Of a DNA stretch of 64,000 nt, positions 54,153 to 64,000 are shown one piece after another (position 1 is the stretch's first letter; every line of letters starts with the position of its first letter). The DNA lies in the NCBI GenBank assembly GCA_054600435.1, contig BAAIJX010000017.1, positions 186,001-250,000 on the forward strand, given 5' to 3'. A program made the position numbers and the translations under genes. The DNA is from Neophaeotheca triangularis. Lineage: Eukaryota. A model generated the notes under the pieces. The model had not been told where the DNA came from. It did not search any database and saw only the letters and a program-made list of their open reading frames with translations.

Positions 54153-56519
54153 ATGGCTTCCTCTACCACCGGAAGCGCCAGCGGAGACAGGCCCAAAACC
54201 CTACACACCTCGCTTTCCTTTAGCAAGATGCAAGACCCTCCGCAGAGCCCTTCTCGACATCGAGCCAGTACGACGTCCGGTATCACTCCTGTTCCTGCAG
54301 CCAAATACACGCCTTCATCTCTCGAGATTGCTGGAGAGCAATCCAAGGGTGATGTCTTCGAGACCCATGAGGAAGACGAAGGAGACGAGGCTACAGAAGA
54401 TGCCGACTCCACAAACAGCCCCGCGATCAAACTCCCATCTACCATCGATGAACTCCCCATTGAGATTAGAAGCCTAACCGAGAGGTTCCTCGAAAGACTG
54501 TCGGCCAAAGTGCATCAAGCGCCATTGAATGCGGATGCTCTGTCTGAGCTATTCCAAGACTTTTATGTGCGGGCAGAGCAACAAATTGAAACTCACATTG
54601 CAACCTTATCTTCGCGCATTGGGCGGGAGAAAACACCGTCCAAAGCACCACCTAAGAGCTCGGCGCAGAAGCGAGCAGGGTCGACTCGGGGAGACAGTCC
54701 TTCTAGCACCACTTCTGGTGGAGAAATGCTCACCCCATCCGAAGTCGCTGATCGACGGAAAGCTAGACGCTTATTAGATTTGAAGAGAGTTGCGCTGGAG
54801 GAGGCTGTGGAGCGCGCGGTTTGTGAGAAGGTCTATTCGAGAACATTCAAGCATCGAAGCACAGAGGATGATGCTAGGGATGAGAAGCTTCGGTCCAGGA
54901 CGGCTGCGTTGGCAGTCGTGGGCATTGGGCTCAAGGAGCTGCATATGGATGCGGATCCAGCAAAGGACGATGTGAGGAAAACAACCCAAGAGAAGGAGAA
55001 CGAGATCAATCAGTCACTGGGCGGAGCTCGGGAAGCTTTGCAGAAGATGGATGAATATCAGTTTCCCCTTGGCAAGCTTCAATGCCTGACGGCGGCGCAT
55101 AAGAGTGTTGTTGAGACTTTGTCCGAGCTGTTCCCGTCCTCTTCTTCTGCGGACGAAGTGTTGCCGACTCTGATCTACACGCTTATAACCAGTCCACCGG
55201 AAGGTATCAATGTTGTGAGCAACCTCAACTTCATCCAACGCTTCCGCACGCAAAGCAAAGTCGACGGGGAAGCAGCATATTGCCTAGTAAACCTAGAAGC
55301 CGCCATCTCCTTCCTCGAGACGGTCGACCTAGCATCCCTCCGAGCAGACGAACTACCAGAAGGCCCGCCCAAATCCAACAGCCGCCCATCCACACCCACA
55401 TCTACGGAAAAGCCCCAATCAATATCCTCCCAGCCAATAGCTACTAAAGCCCTCAGTCCAGACGTCTCGGTCATAACCGCAACCTCTCAAGATACAAGCT
55501 CCGCCACAGGTCCAGCCTCCAAATCTCTCCCCATTGCCCAGCCTGCCCGTCCAACACTCCAACAACACCGCCGCATTTCCTCCCTCGTTCAAGCCCAAGC
55601 GGACCGCATCGAAGCCGGGCGCGAGAACTTTCTCAAAACCGCCGACAGCGCCTTCGACACTATCAACGGCGCGCTGGAGAACAGTTTCAAATCTGTCTTT
55701 GGGAGGTTCAAAGACCAGACGAGCGGAGCCTCTCCCTTACCCAAAACGCTCGAAGACGCTCGGAGACTAGTCAGTGCCCCTGAAACGCCCGTGGAAGATG
55801 AAGACGTGGTCAGCACGAGTGGGAGGAGCAGTCCCGGAATCGACGATCCCCTCAGCTCAAGCGCGAGCAAGAGCGGCAGCGGTAATGAAGGCAAAGTGCT
55901 CGAATTGATAGGTGGTCGTGGCAAGCAACGACCGCGTGAGAAAAGTGTAGACAGCACGCGCTCGACCGGCAGCGGGAAGAAAGTCGCCTTCATCGCTAAC
56001 AACGGCAACGCTACCAACGGCGCTTCAAACCCCAAAGCGAACACGGCTGGCAACAGCAACAAATCCGGTGAAGAAGGCTCCCTCGCGGGGAATTTCATCA
56101 ACAACCTGAACCCCCTCAACCGCTTCGGCGTGCCCTCGTTCCCGCGTTTCGGCCGCGCCGCTTCGGCCTCGGCCTCCACTCCCACAACTCCACTCACAGC
56201 CGCTTCCAATTCCACGAGCAAGCAACTCGGCAACATTGTCGAATCCCCGCGCGGCACCGTCAACGAAAACCCGGACGGGATGTTCCCGCCATTCGTGGAG
56301 AAGACGCAGCGATCGGATAGTACGGTTTCTGTGGGGGCTGGCGATGAAGATTCGATGAATGCGGCGGAGAGTTTAGCCGAGTTGAGGAGAATTCGGCCGC
56401 CTAGAAAGCGATTTCTGGAAGTCAGGGATGCGGGGGAGTTGAAGCTTAGTGAGGTCGAGGAGTTGTTGGGCGAGTATAGGCGATTGGCTAAGGCGATAGG
56501 GGAGGCAGTGGCGGAATAA
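54153..56519 (+). CDS. VPS9-domain Rab5 GEF (Muk1-like)
   Basis: PLGKLQCL, SADEVLPTLIYTLI, SNLNFIQRFR, GEAAYCLVNLEAAISFLETV. First ATG at 54153. Confidence 0.9.
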   Translation: MASSTTGSASGDRPKTLHTSLSFSKMQDPPQSPSRHRASTTSGITPVPAAKYTPSSLEIAGEQSKGDVFETHEEDEGDEATEDADSTNSPAIKLPSTIDELPIEIRSLTERFLERLSAKVHQAPLNADALSELFQDFYVRAEQQIETHIATLSSRIGREKTPSKAPPKSSAQKRAGSTRGDSPSSTTSGGEMLTPSEVADRRKARRLLDLKRVALEEAVERAVCEKVYSRTFKHRSTEDDARDEKLRSRTAALAVVGIGLKELHMDADPAKDDVRKTTQEKENEINQSLGGAREALQKMDEYQFPLGKLQCLTAAHKSVVETLSELFPSSSSADEVLPTLIYTLITSPPEGINVVSNLNFIQRFRTQSKVDGEAAYCLVNLEAAISFLETVDLASLRADELPEGPPKSNSRPSTPTSTEKPQSISSQPIATKALSPDVSVITATSQDTSSATGPASKSLPIAQPARPTLQQHRRISSLVQAQADRIEAGRENFLKTADSAFDTINGALENSFKSVFGRFKDQTSGASPLPKTLEDARRLVSAPETPVEDEDVVSTSGRSSPGIDDPLSSSASKSGSGNEGKVLELIGGRGKQRPREKSVDSTRSTGSGKKVAFIANNGNATNGASNPKANTAGNSNKSGEEGSLAGNFINNLNPLNRFGVPSFPRFGRAASASASTPTTPLTAASNSTSKQLGNIVESPRGTVNENPDGMFPPFVEKTQRSDSTVSVGAGDEDSMNAAESLAELRRIRPPRKRFLEVRDAGELKLSEVEELLGEYRRLAKAIGEAVAE

Positions 56520-56647
56520 GGTGGCCCGTTGGGGTAGGTAGGCTGCATGACCAAGGAGGACCGTGTAGCAGTCTTCGCTTTCAAAGAAGAGAAGAGACAC
56601 ACGACTGCTTCATTTCATCATCTCGTCAGCGCATGGTCGGTCATTAT

Positions 56648-57636
56648 TCAGTTCTTCCCCTCGGCCTCTTTCTCAACAACCACGGCATCCTTTTTCGCAG
56701 GCCTCTCCCCAAAAATCCCCGTTCCGACCCTAACCTCCGCACTCCCCAGCCCAATCGCCCCCTCAAAATCCTGACTCATCCCCATGCTCAACTCCAAACC
56801 CTCCTTCTCCATTCCCAGCCCCTCAGCCACCTGATCCCTAACCTCCCGCAATCTGACAAAATCCGCATTCTCCGCCCCCTCCTCCCAAGCACCCTGACTC
56901 CTCGCCAGCGCCCCGATAGTCATAACACCCCCCAAAACCAAACCCTCACACTCCTCCTTCACAAACCTACACAACCCCAACACCTCCTCCCCAGGCTCAC
57001 ACCCGCTCTTCTCCGCCTCGCCCGAAGTATTAACCTGCACCAACACCCTCAGCGCTCCCAGCCCCTCGGCCCCCTCCCTCTCCAAAAGCGCTTTCCGCCC
57101 CTTGTCCAACTCCCGCGCTTTCTTGGTCGTGTCCACGCTACTCACACACCACAAGTTCGGCACTGTCGAAGCGAGCGGTTTGCACTTGTTCGTCTGCAAG
57201 GCTCCGATCATGTGCCAGTGTATTGTTGACGGCAGGAGAGCGGCTTTTTCCGTCAGTTCTTGCGAGTAGTTTTCGCCGAAGTGGAGGTGGGGGTTTGGGG
57301 TTTGTTGGTGCAGGGACAGGATGTCCGTGGCGGGTTTGAGCTTGCTGACGGCTATGAGGCGGACCTACGGTGGGGAAAAAGGCGAGGGGTTAGTTTGGTG
57401 GGTTGTGGGGGGGGGTTCTAGGTGCGCGGTGCGTGGTTTAAGAGAAGCGGGCTCGGCAGGATGCGAATGGTGCTTACATTCTGCGAGGGTGCTTTCTTGC
57501 TGCTTTCGATGCGTTTGAGCACGCCGGCTAAGTTCTCGCTGAGTTCTTTCGCTCGCGTGGGATTGATGCGGAGCATGGTTGCTTGCGAGTCGGTGGAGCC
57601 CTGTTGGCTGGTGTTGGGGTCTGCTGAGTCTGACAT
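56648..57636 (-). CDS. Pyridoxal phosphate homeostasis protein (YggS/PROSC/PLPHP family)
   Basis: Intron 57365-57477 joins to VRLIAVSKLKP; HFGENYSQEL, WHMIGALQTNK, QVNTSGEAEKSG, LSMGMSQDF, VRVGTGIFG. The start could be 57576. Confidence 0.93.
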
Positions 57637-58255
57637 GGGAAGGCTTTCTCGATGTGTATTGTCGCGGATAGTGGTTCGTACAATTCGGATGTTGAGCCGA
57701 TGGGGCTGTTTTGCGAGGTTGGAAGAATTCGGAACTGGCGAGTGCACCTCACCTGCAGCGCTGAACTCGATCAACGGTGACGTCTGGCTCGGCCCTCGAT
57801 CCCCCGGGATGGCTGTGGAAGTCGGAGCTTCATTGGACTCGGCGACGCTTAGCCCGACTAGTATGGAGCATATATGCAGTATGGAGACGGTTTTGCGGGG
57901 AACCACGACATAGCTGCACCGACTCACCCACTTTCAGCTCTCGCACTGCCGAATGTTTCTCACACAGCCACCATCAATGATGTTTTCACCTTTTCGAGGG
58001 CATTCCCGTGGATCGGTGCCGGCTTCGCTGGGCCGCCTGCAAACAGTCCCGTCTTCTAACTACCGTGCAGACTTCCAAGGGTTTAGGTAAGGTAGGTTGG
58101 TTTCGCGCTCTCCAGTATGACGTTGGCCTCGCAGAGCCATACCTTAGGTAAGGTAGCCCGCTCGAGTTAACCTTGAGTATATAAGAGTGCTTGGTTCTCC
58201 TGCCCATTCCATCTCAAGCTTATCCCGTCTCTCATCCTTCCACATCGACGCAAAG

Positions 58256-60604
58256 ATGGCACCTCTTACCCGTATCCTTGGGACGTTCCTCCTACCCGCC
58301 CTCACGTTGGCGCAGGCCAAGTACGAAGAATACATTTTGGCCCCGTCTTCGAGGACTCTGTATCCCAGATCGGTCTACAACGTCAACGGGACCGTCGATG
58401 GAGCAGACAGTCTGACCGGAGACTCCGGGAGCGCCACCTTTAAAGGCGAATCGGCCGTGACATTCGATTTCGGCATCAACATTGCCGGGATTGTCACGCT
58501 TCAAATCGGATCTGTCGACCAGGACGAAGAACAGCACATTGGCCTCACCTACACCGAATCCAGCCAATGGATCTCGAGCGAGGGTTCCGATGCCACTGCC
58601 GATGCCGGCTTAGATGAGATCTTGTGGTTCCAACCGGATGCCCCGGGTGACTACACTGTCGAGAGGCAGCATGAGCGTGGTGCTTTTAGGTACTTGAGCC
58701 TGCTGCACAATACCACTGGCTCGTTGGAAGTGCAGGCTGTGACTGTGCATTACACCCCTATGCCTCATTGGAAGGACGATGCTCTCCGAGACTACACCGG
58801 ATACTTTCACTGTGACGACGAGCTGTTGAACCGTGTGTGGTATGCTGGAGGTATGCTGTAAATAATCCAAGGCCTCGTGGAATCCTCACTAACCAAATCA
58901 TCAGCCTACACCAATCAGATCTGCACGATTGATCCCAACCATGGCGACGTAAGAGTTTTTGAACTCAAAAATTTCGCTAGCTCTTTGACTGACATTTCTT
59001 GTCCAGGCACTCGTCCACCTCGGCGAGATAACCAAAGATCAGAACACCAGTGAAGTTGGCCAGGTCACTTGGTACAACAATTTGACCATCGCCAATGGCA
59101 GCTCCGTCTTGACAGATGGCGCTAAACGTGACCGTTTGGTGTGGGCTGGTGACATGGTGAGTGTCGAACGCGCCCTAAAGCTCCTTGTTAACGTTTCATG
59201 ACAACTGACCATGGGTCCCTTCAGGCAATTGCGGTGCCAGCTATCGTTGTCAGCTACGACGACCTCGTCTCCGTAGCCAACGCCCTTGACTCCTTGTTCG
59301 TGCTCCAAACGGAAGACGGCCAGCTCCCATACGCGGGGGTTGGCTTCCGCCGGGAATTCTCCTTCACTTACCACCTCTACACGCTCATCGGCGTAGCCGA
59401 TTACTACCTCTACGCGGACGCTCTCGACTACCTGCAGGGTAAGTGGGAAGCCTGGAAACTCGCAATGAGTTACTCGCTCTCGACCATCGACTCGAGCGGG
59501 CTCGCCAACGTCACCTCCTCCAACGACTGGCTTCGTTTCGGCATGGGCGGCCACAACATCGAAGCCAACGCCATCCTCTACTACACCATCCAGCAGGGCC
59601 TGACTCTCGGTCGCGTTCTCAACGAATCCCAAGCCCTTCTATCCAACTGGAGCTCCACAGCCGAGCGCCTCAAGACTGCCGCCAACGCCCGCCTCTGGGA
59701 CGAATCCAGCGGCCTCTACTTCGACAACGAAACCACCACCCTACACCCGCAAGACGGCAATTCGTGGGCGGTCGTCGCGAACCTCACCTCCTCTCTAAAC
59801 CAAAGCGCGGCCATCTCGTCCGCCCTCTCCGACCGCTGGGGCGAATACGGCGCTCCGGCCCCGGAAGCCGGCGACGCCGTCTCCCCCTTCATCACCGGTT
59901 TCGAACTCCAAGCGCACCTACTCTCCCAAAACGTCGACGCAGCCCTGAAACTCATGCGCCGCCAATGGGGCTTCATGCTCAACGACCCGCGCATGACCAA
60001 CTCGACTTTCCTCGAAGGCTACTCCACCACGGGCGAAATCCACTACGCCCCCTACAACAATGACCCCCGCGTCAGCCACGCTCACGGCTGGGCCACGGGT
60101 CCCACGAGCACTCTGACCTTCTACATCGGCGGCATCCATTGGGATTCGGCGGGCGGGAGGACGTGGACCATCAGCCCGCGCCTGGGCTATCTGAAATCCG
60201 TCGACGTGGGCTTCACCGCCGGCATGGGGAAGTTCGCCGTCACTGTCGAGCAGATGCTCGAGGACGAGGTGACGGGTATGCGCTTCGAGACGCCCGAGGG
60301 AACGGTGGGCAGGGTCGACGTGCCCAATTTGAATGCCGTCCTTAGGAGGGAGAGCGACGGGATGGAAGTGGAGGTTTTGGCGGGTTTGGCGGACAGGGTG
60401 CCCGGTGGGGTTTGGGAGATTGTGGGTGCGAGGCCTGGGGAGGGGAATGTTGAGAGTCCTCCTGCTCCTAATGGGACCGTTGGTGGGGGGCACGGGAATG
60501 CGACTGTGGGTTCGGGTGTGCCTGAGCCGTTTGAGGGGAGTGCGGCTGTTGGGTCGTTTAGTTTGATGGCTGCGTTGGTTGGGGTTGTGGCTTTTGCGCT
60601 GTGA
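58256..60604 (+). CDS. Secreted GH78 alpha-L-rhamnosidase-like protein with C-terminal GPI-like signal
   Basis: Signal peptide; GAFRYL, YFHCDDELLNRVWYAGAYT, DGAKRDRLVWAGDM, PQDGNSW, SHAHGWATGPT. Introns 58851-58904, 58949-59006, 59157-59224. Confidence 0.9.
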
Positions 60605-61362
60605 GGAGCGTGGTGTAGCGATCAGTTGACGCAAGACTTGTGACTTGGGAAATAGTGATGAAGCTGTGTATAGTAATGTGCAATCACTCACTAGTTTCAC
60701 CATGACTGCTTTAAGGACTTCGCGGAGCCTGAGAACCAGTTGGAAGATGGGTGTGGTAATCTGTCTGTCTGAATTTGATTGTTCTCGACTAGTATACATG
60801 CGAGCCTTTAGGCTCTGTCAGTCCGATGGACTGATCTCGACTAGTATTCATCGAGTACATAAAGAGAGAAAGAAAGAAAAGGCTAGCCCGGGCACTTCCA
60901 TGAAGAACTCATGCCACTGTGCCACGCCATCCACGCCATGCCCGCCATGCCTTTCGGAAACACCGCTCCGCAGGTACATGATAGTTCCGCAACGCCCAAA
61001 GACGCCATCGTACTATTTCATGCTCAGACCTCAAAAGAAAAAAGAAAGAGAAACCCCAGCGCTACTTGCGCTCGGGCTTCTGGTAATGCAGCACGGCGAG
61101 CCCCTTGCGCTGCCTCTGCGGTGTCTTGCTTGGTGTCGGTAGTGATTGATGCGGCTGCTGCGGTTGCTCTTGATTAAAAGAAGGCTTCGATTTCTTGAGC
61201 TTGAACTTCAGCCCACTTCTCAGCTTCACGCAGAGTGGATTTTCGTCCTCCCAGCTTTCGTCATCCGCTTCGAAGCCCTCGTCGTAGTCGGTATCTCTAT
61301 ACACGCAATGTGAGTAACTTTTCGCGCCGGTGGGGAAGTCGGTTGTTGGTAAAGGGAGCGGT

Positions 61363-62679
61363 TTACGGCCGATAGGTCTGTCCGAAACCGCCGCCACGGC
61401 CTCCTCCGTAGCTGCGGCGGTCGTAGCCTCCTCCGTAGAAGCCACGACCACCACCGCCGCCGCCGCGTCCGCCCATCGGGCGACCGCCTCCGCCGAAGCC
61501 GTTGCTGCCACCGTTAGCACCGTAACCGCCGCGCACATACTGCCTCGGGCCACGCTCGTACCGGTCGCGATCGTCGTATCCCCTGTCTTGACCACTGCGA
61601 CGGTCTTCGCGACGGCGATCCTCAACGGCGCGAGGGTCTTTGAAGTCTTCCTGAGCGAGACGGGCATCACCATCGACATCCATGGTCATAATCTCGTCGC
61701 CAGTGTTAGCTGCTACTGGATCGGGCTCGAAGAAGGTGTCTGGTGCCGCAGGCGCGGTGGAGTGGTGCGGGATGAGATCGTCGTTTACCCTTTTTGGGGC
61801 GCCGTTGCGACCAGTGGTATCGGAGTAAGCGGCGGGCTCTTTCATGTAGACGTAGAGGGGACGACCGTCGGCCTATTTGAACATTGTTAGTATCCTTGCT
61901 CTCAAGAAAACAAGTCGCCGTCCTTCTTTGCATACCTTTTGACCATTGAAGGTGTCGATGACTTCCTGCGCGCCTTGGCGATCGTTGAAAGCCATTTCGC
62001 AAATGACGGTGGGGTTGTTCGCGACAAGCTTGCAGTAGGCTAGCTCTCCTCCAACTGGGGCCATGACGTTCTGAATATCCTCGGAGGTGGTGCCTGTCTG
62101 GAAGTTTTGAGCGATGACGACGTAAGGTCCACTGCTGGAAGCAGAGCCACGGATGGAGAGGCCGTGGCCATCGTCGTTGACCGCTGCGGTGCGCTGCGCG
62201 ACTGGTTGAGCGTGAGTGGAGGTCACCTTGTTGTTGTTAATGGCGGAGGAAGATGCTGTACGAGTGAGGCCGCCGCGTGGGTTACGGTTGAGGGCCGTAG
62301 GGTTGCGAGGACCGCGAGGCGCATTGTTGGAGGTGTTGGCGAAAGGCGAAGCAGTCTGCTATAACTCGTTGTCAGTTCCGAGATTCTTCACTGCGCACTT
62401 GAAGATAGAGCTCACCTTGCGCACGCCACTGCGACTTGCAATGCTGCCACTCAGGCCCCGGGTCATACCCGCAGGAGCGCCACCTCCCATACGCCTTGTA
62501 CCTCCAGCAGCACCAGGAGCACTCTGACGACGGTCTTTGCCGAACATCTGGTCCGCCAGCCTCTGGCTCTTGGTGCCGAAGATTTCCTCTGCGATCCTCT
62601 GGCTGCGATTCGTGACGAACATCTCGTTGGCCAGATCCTCCGCCCTCTTGCGCTCTTTGGCAAGCTTCTTGTTCGACAT
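61363..62679 (-). CDS. RRM-domain RNA-binding protein with RGG-rich tail
   Basis: Exons 62679-62416, ~62358-61936, 61872-61363. GPYVVIAQNF..GTTSEDI...TFNGQKADGRPLYV forms the RRM; RGG/YGG C-terminus. Confidence 0.85.
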
Positions 62680-63187
62680 CTTCTTCGGTGGTTTGAGTGG
62701 GGTGCGGAGGTTGCGAGTAGGTGGTTTGGTATGGACTATGGGGAAACGAAGTGAAGGAGATGTTTGTGACAGTGGAGAGAGGCCGGCCAGTCGCGAAGCT
62801 CAAGGTAATCTGAAGCTCACTAGCGCGTTGTCGGACCCTGACTCGCGCCAAGTATACACCTGGTCCGTGCACTGATTCGTTGAAGTAGGGGTCACGGTAT
62901 GGGAGAGAACAAATTCTGTAACGTTTTAGGTACCGCATATATATATATTCAATTGTCCGCGAATACTCTTCGTCCAACCCCATTCGGCCATGCGTGCCGT
63001 TGTAGATGGACGGATCCGCGGCTCAGACAATGCCCGGTTCAATGCCATAGCTCTACACTAGAAAAGTAAGCGACGGCGTCGATTACTTGCTCCAAACGCT
63101 GTACATGCGTCAATCCCTCTCCAACTCAGTCGAAGTCTTCACGGCATCGCTCGCCGAGCTTTTGACACGTCGAGTCCAAACGCCATC

Positions 63188-64000
63188 CTAGCTGCCACCA
63201 CCCGGCGGATAATGGGGCAGTCCAGGATCAACGACCGGCCCACCATCCCCAATATGATCAACACCGCCGCCGCCGCCGCCAGTAGGACAGCTGTTAAACG
63301 ATATCCACCCCTAGATCAATCCAACGTTAGCAAAGCCTCCAAAAGCCATGAAAGTCAAGGAATCGCAACTTACATGCCCAGTCTTTGGATTAATCTTCAC
63401 CAAATCCGCTCTCCCCTGTCCTTGAAGACTGGGGAACTGCTCATTCTGACCTCTTGTCCATCCGCTGTAAAGGACCCCATTGTCTTTCCACTCGAACTTG
63501 CTACCTTGAAGCCTGCCCCGTTGCGACTCGTCCTTTTCCCCGGAATTCGTCCAGACGCGTCCGTTGCCTGTGAACTTGTCCGTGTGGATGAGGTCGGCGC
63601 GACCGTCGCCTGCGAATCACGTTAGAAACATTTGAGGACGGGTGTTGGCTGTATTGCTCTGGATGGCTGAAACTTACCATTGACGTCTGCGAATTGGAAA
63701 TCCGCGCGTTCTAGGTTAGGGCTCGATTTGATCTGCCCGACGAACCGCATGTTACTGTTGTTGTCGTTGAGCCATGCCGTCGCTCGGCCATTGCGTTCCA
63801 TGCATATGAGGTCTGCCTTGCCCTCGCCACTGGGTTCCGAGCTTGGTTAGTAGTATTCCTAGCTTGAGGTCTCCGCCACAAGGCTACGCACCTGATATCG
63901 ACTACATGCACTGACTGGTCGTCATAGCCTAGACCCCTCTTGATAGTACAAAACGGGCCTCCCTCGATCTGTTGCCGTTGGAAATCGAACGAGTTGCCGT
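63188..64000 (-). CDS. 3' part of an FG-GAP/VCBS-repeat protein; runs off the window
   Basis: Spliced translation across three introns: VDISGEGKADLICMERNG...FADVNGDGRADLIHTDKFTGNGRVW...GQGRADLVKINP...WISFNSCP; stop at 63188-63190. Missed by the ORF track. Confidence 0.85.

Noticed and set aside
55589..56602. 337-aa minus-strand ORF
   Set aside because: Antisense shadow of the VPS9-domain gene.
59918..60799. 293-aa minus-strand ORF
   Set aside because: Antisense shadow of the GH78 gene.

Overview
Gene-dense, intron-containing nuclear DNA from a filamentous ascomycete. Introns are short (about 50-110 nt) GT..AG with CTRAY branch points. Gene content and style suggest a Dothideomycete, but this is inference only. 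About 28 protein-coding genes can be supported. Housekeeping genes include an RRM nucleolar protein, DUF2458, COX14-like, NST1, RHO2, an Ifh1/Crf1-like acidic protein, an HSL-family hydrolase, a zf-PARP protein, TRAPPC12-like, ILV2, ETR1, SUA7/TFIIB, ATP14, ATG15, a VPS9-domain GEF, PLPHP/YggS and an RRM-RGG protein. Secreted or surface proteins include a small Cys-rich membrane protein, a CBM18 GPI protein, a GH78 rhamnosidase and a partial FG-GAP/VCBS protein. A microsatellite-rich stretch at about 36-47 kb holds orphan low-complexity ORFs and a decayed NB-ARC/TPR (NLR-type) pseudogene. The best second-look items are a highly structured intergenic RNA candidate with RNase P/MRP-like motifs (50.8-51.0 kb), a stop-codon-overlapping intron that would switch the C-terminus of the RRM-RGG protein, the NLR relic, and an isolated Pol III B-box/T-arm element. 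No CRISPR array, rRNA, complete tRNA or intact transposon is seen. All family calls are by eye, not from database searches.
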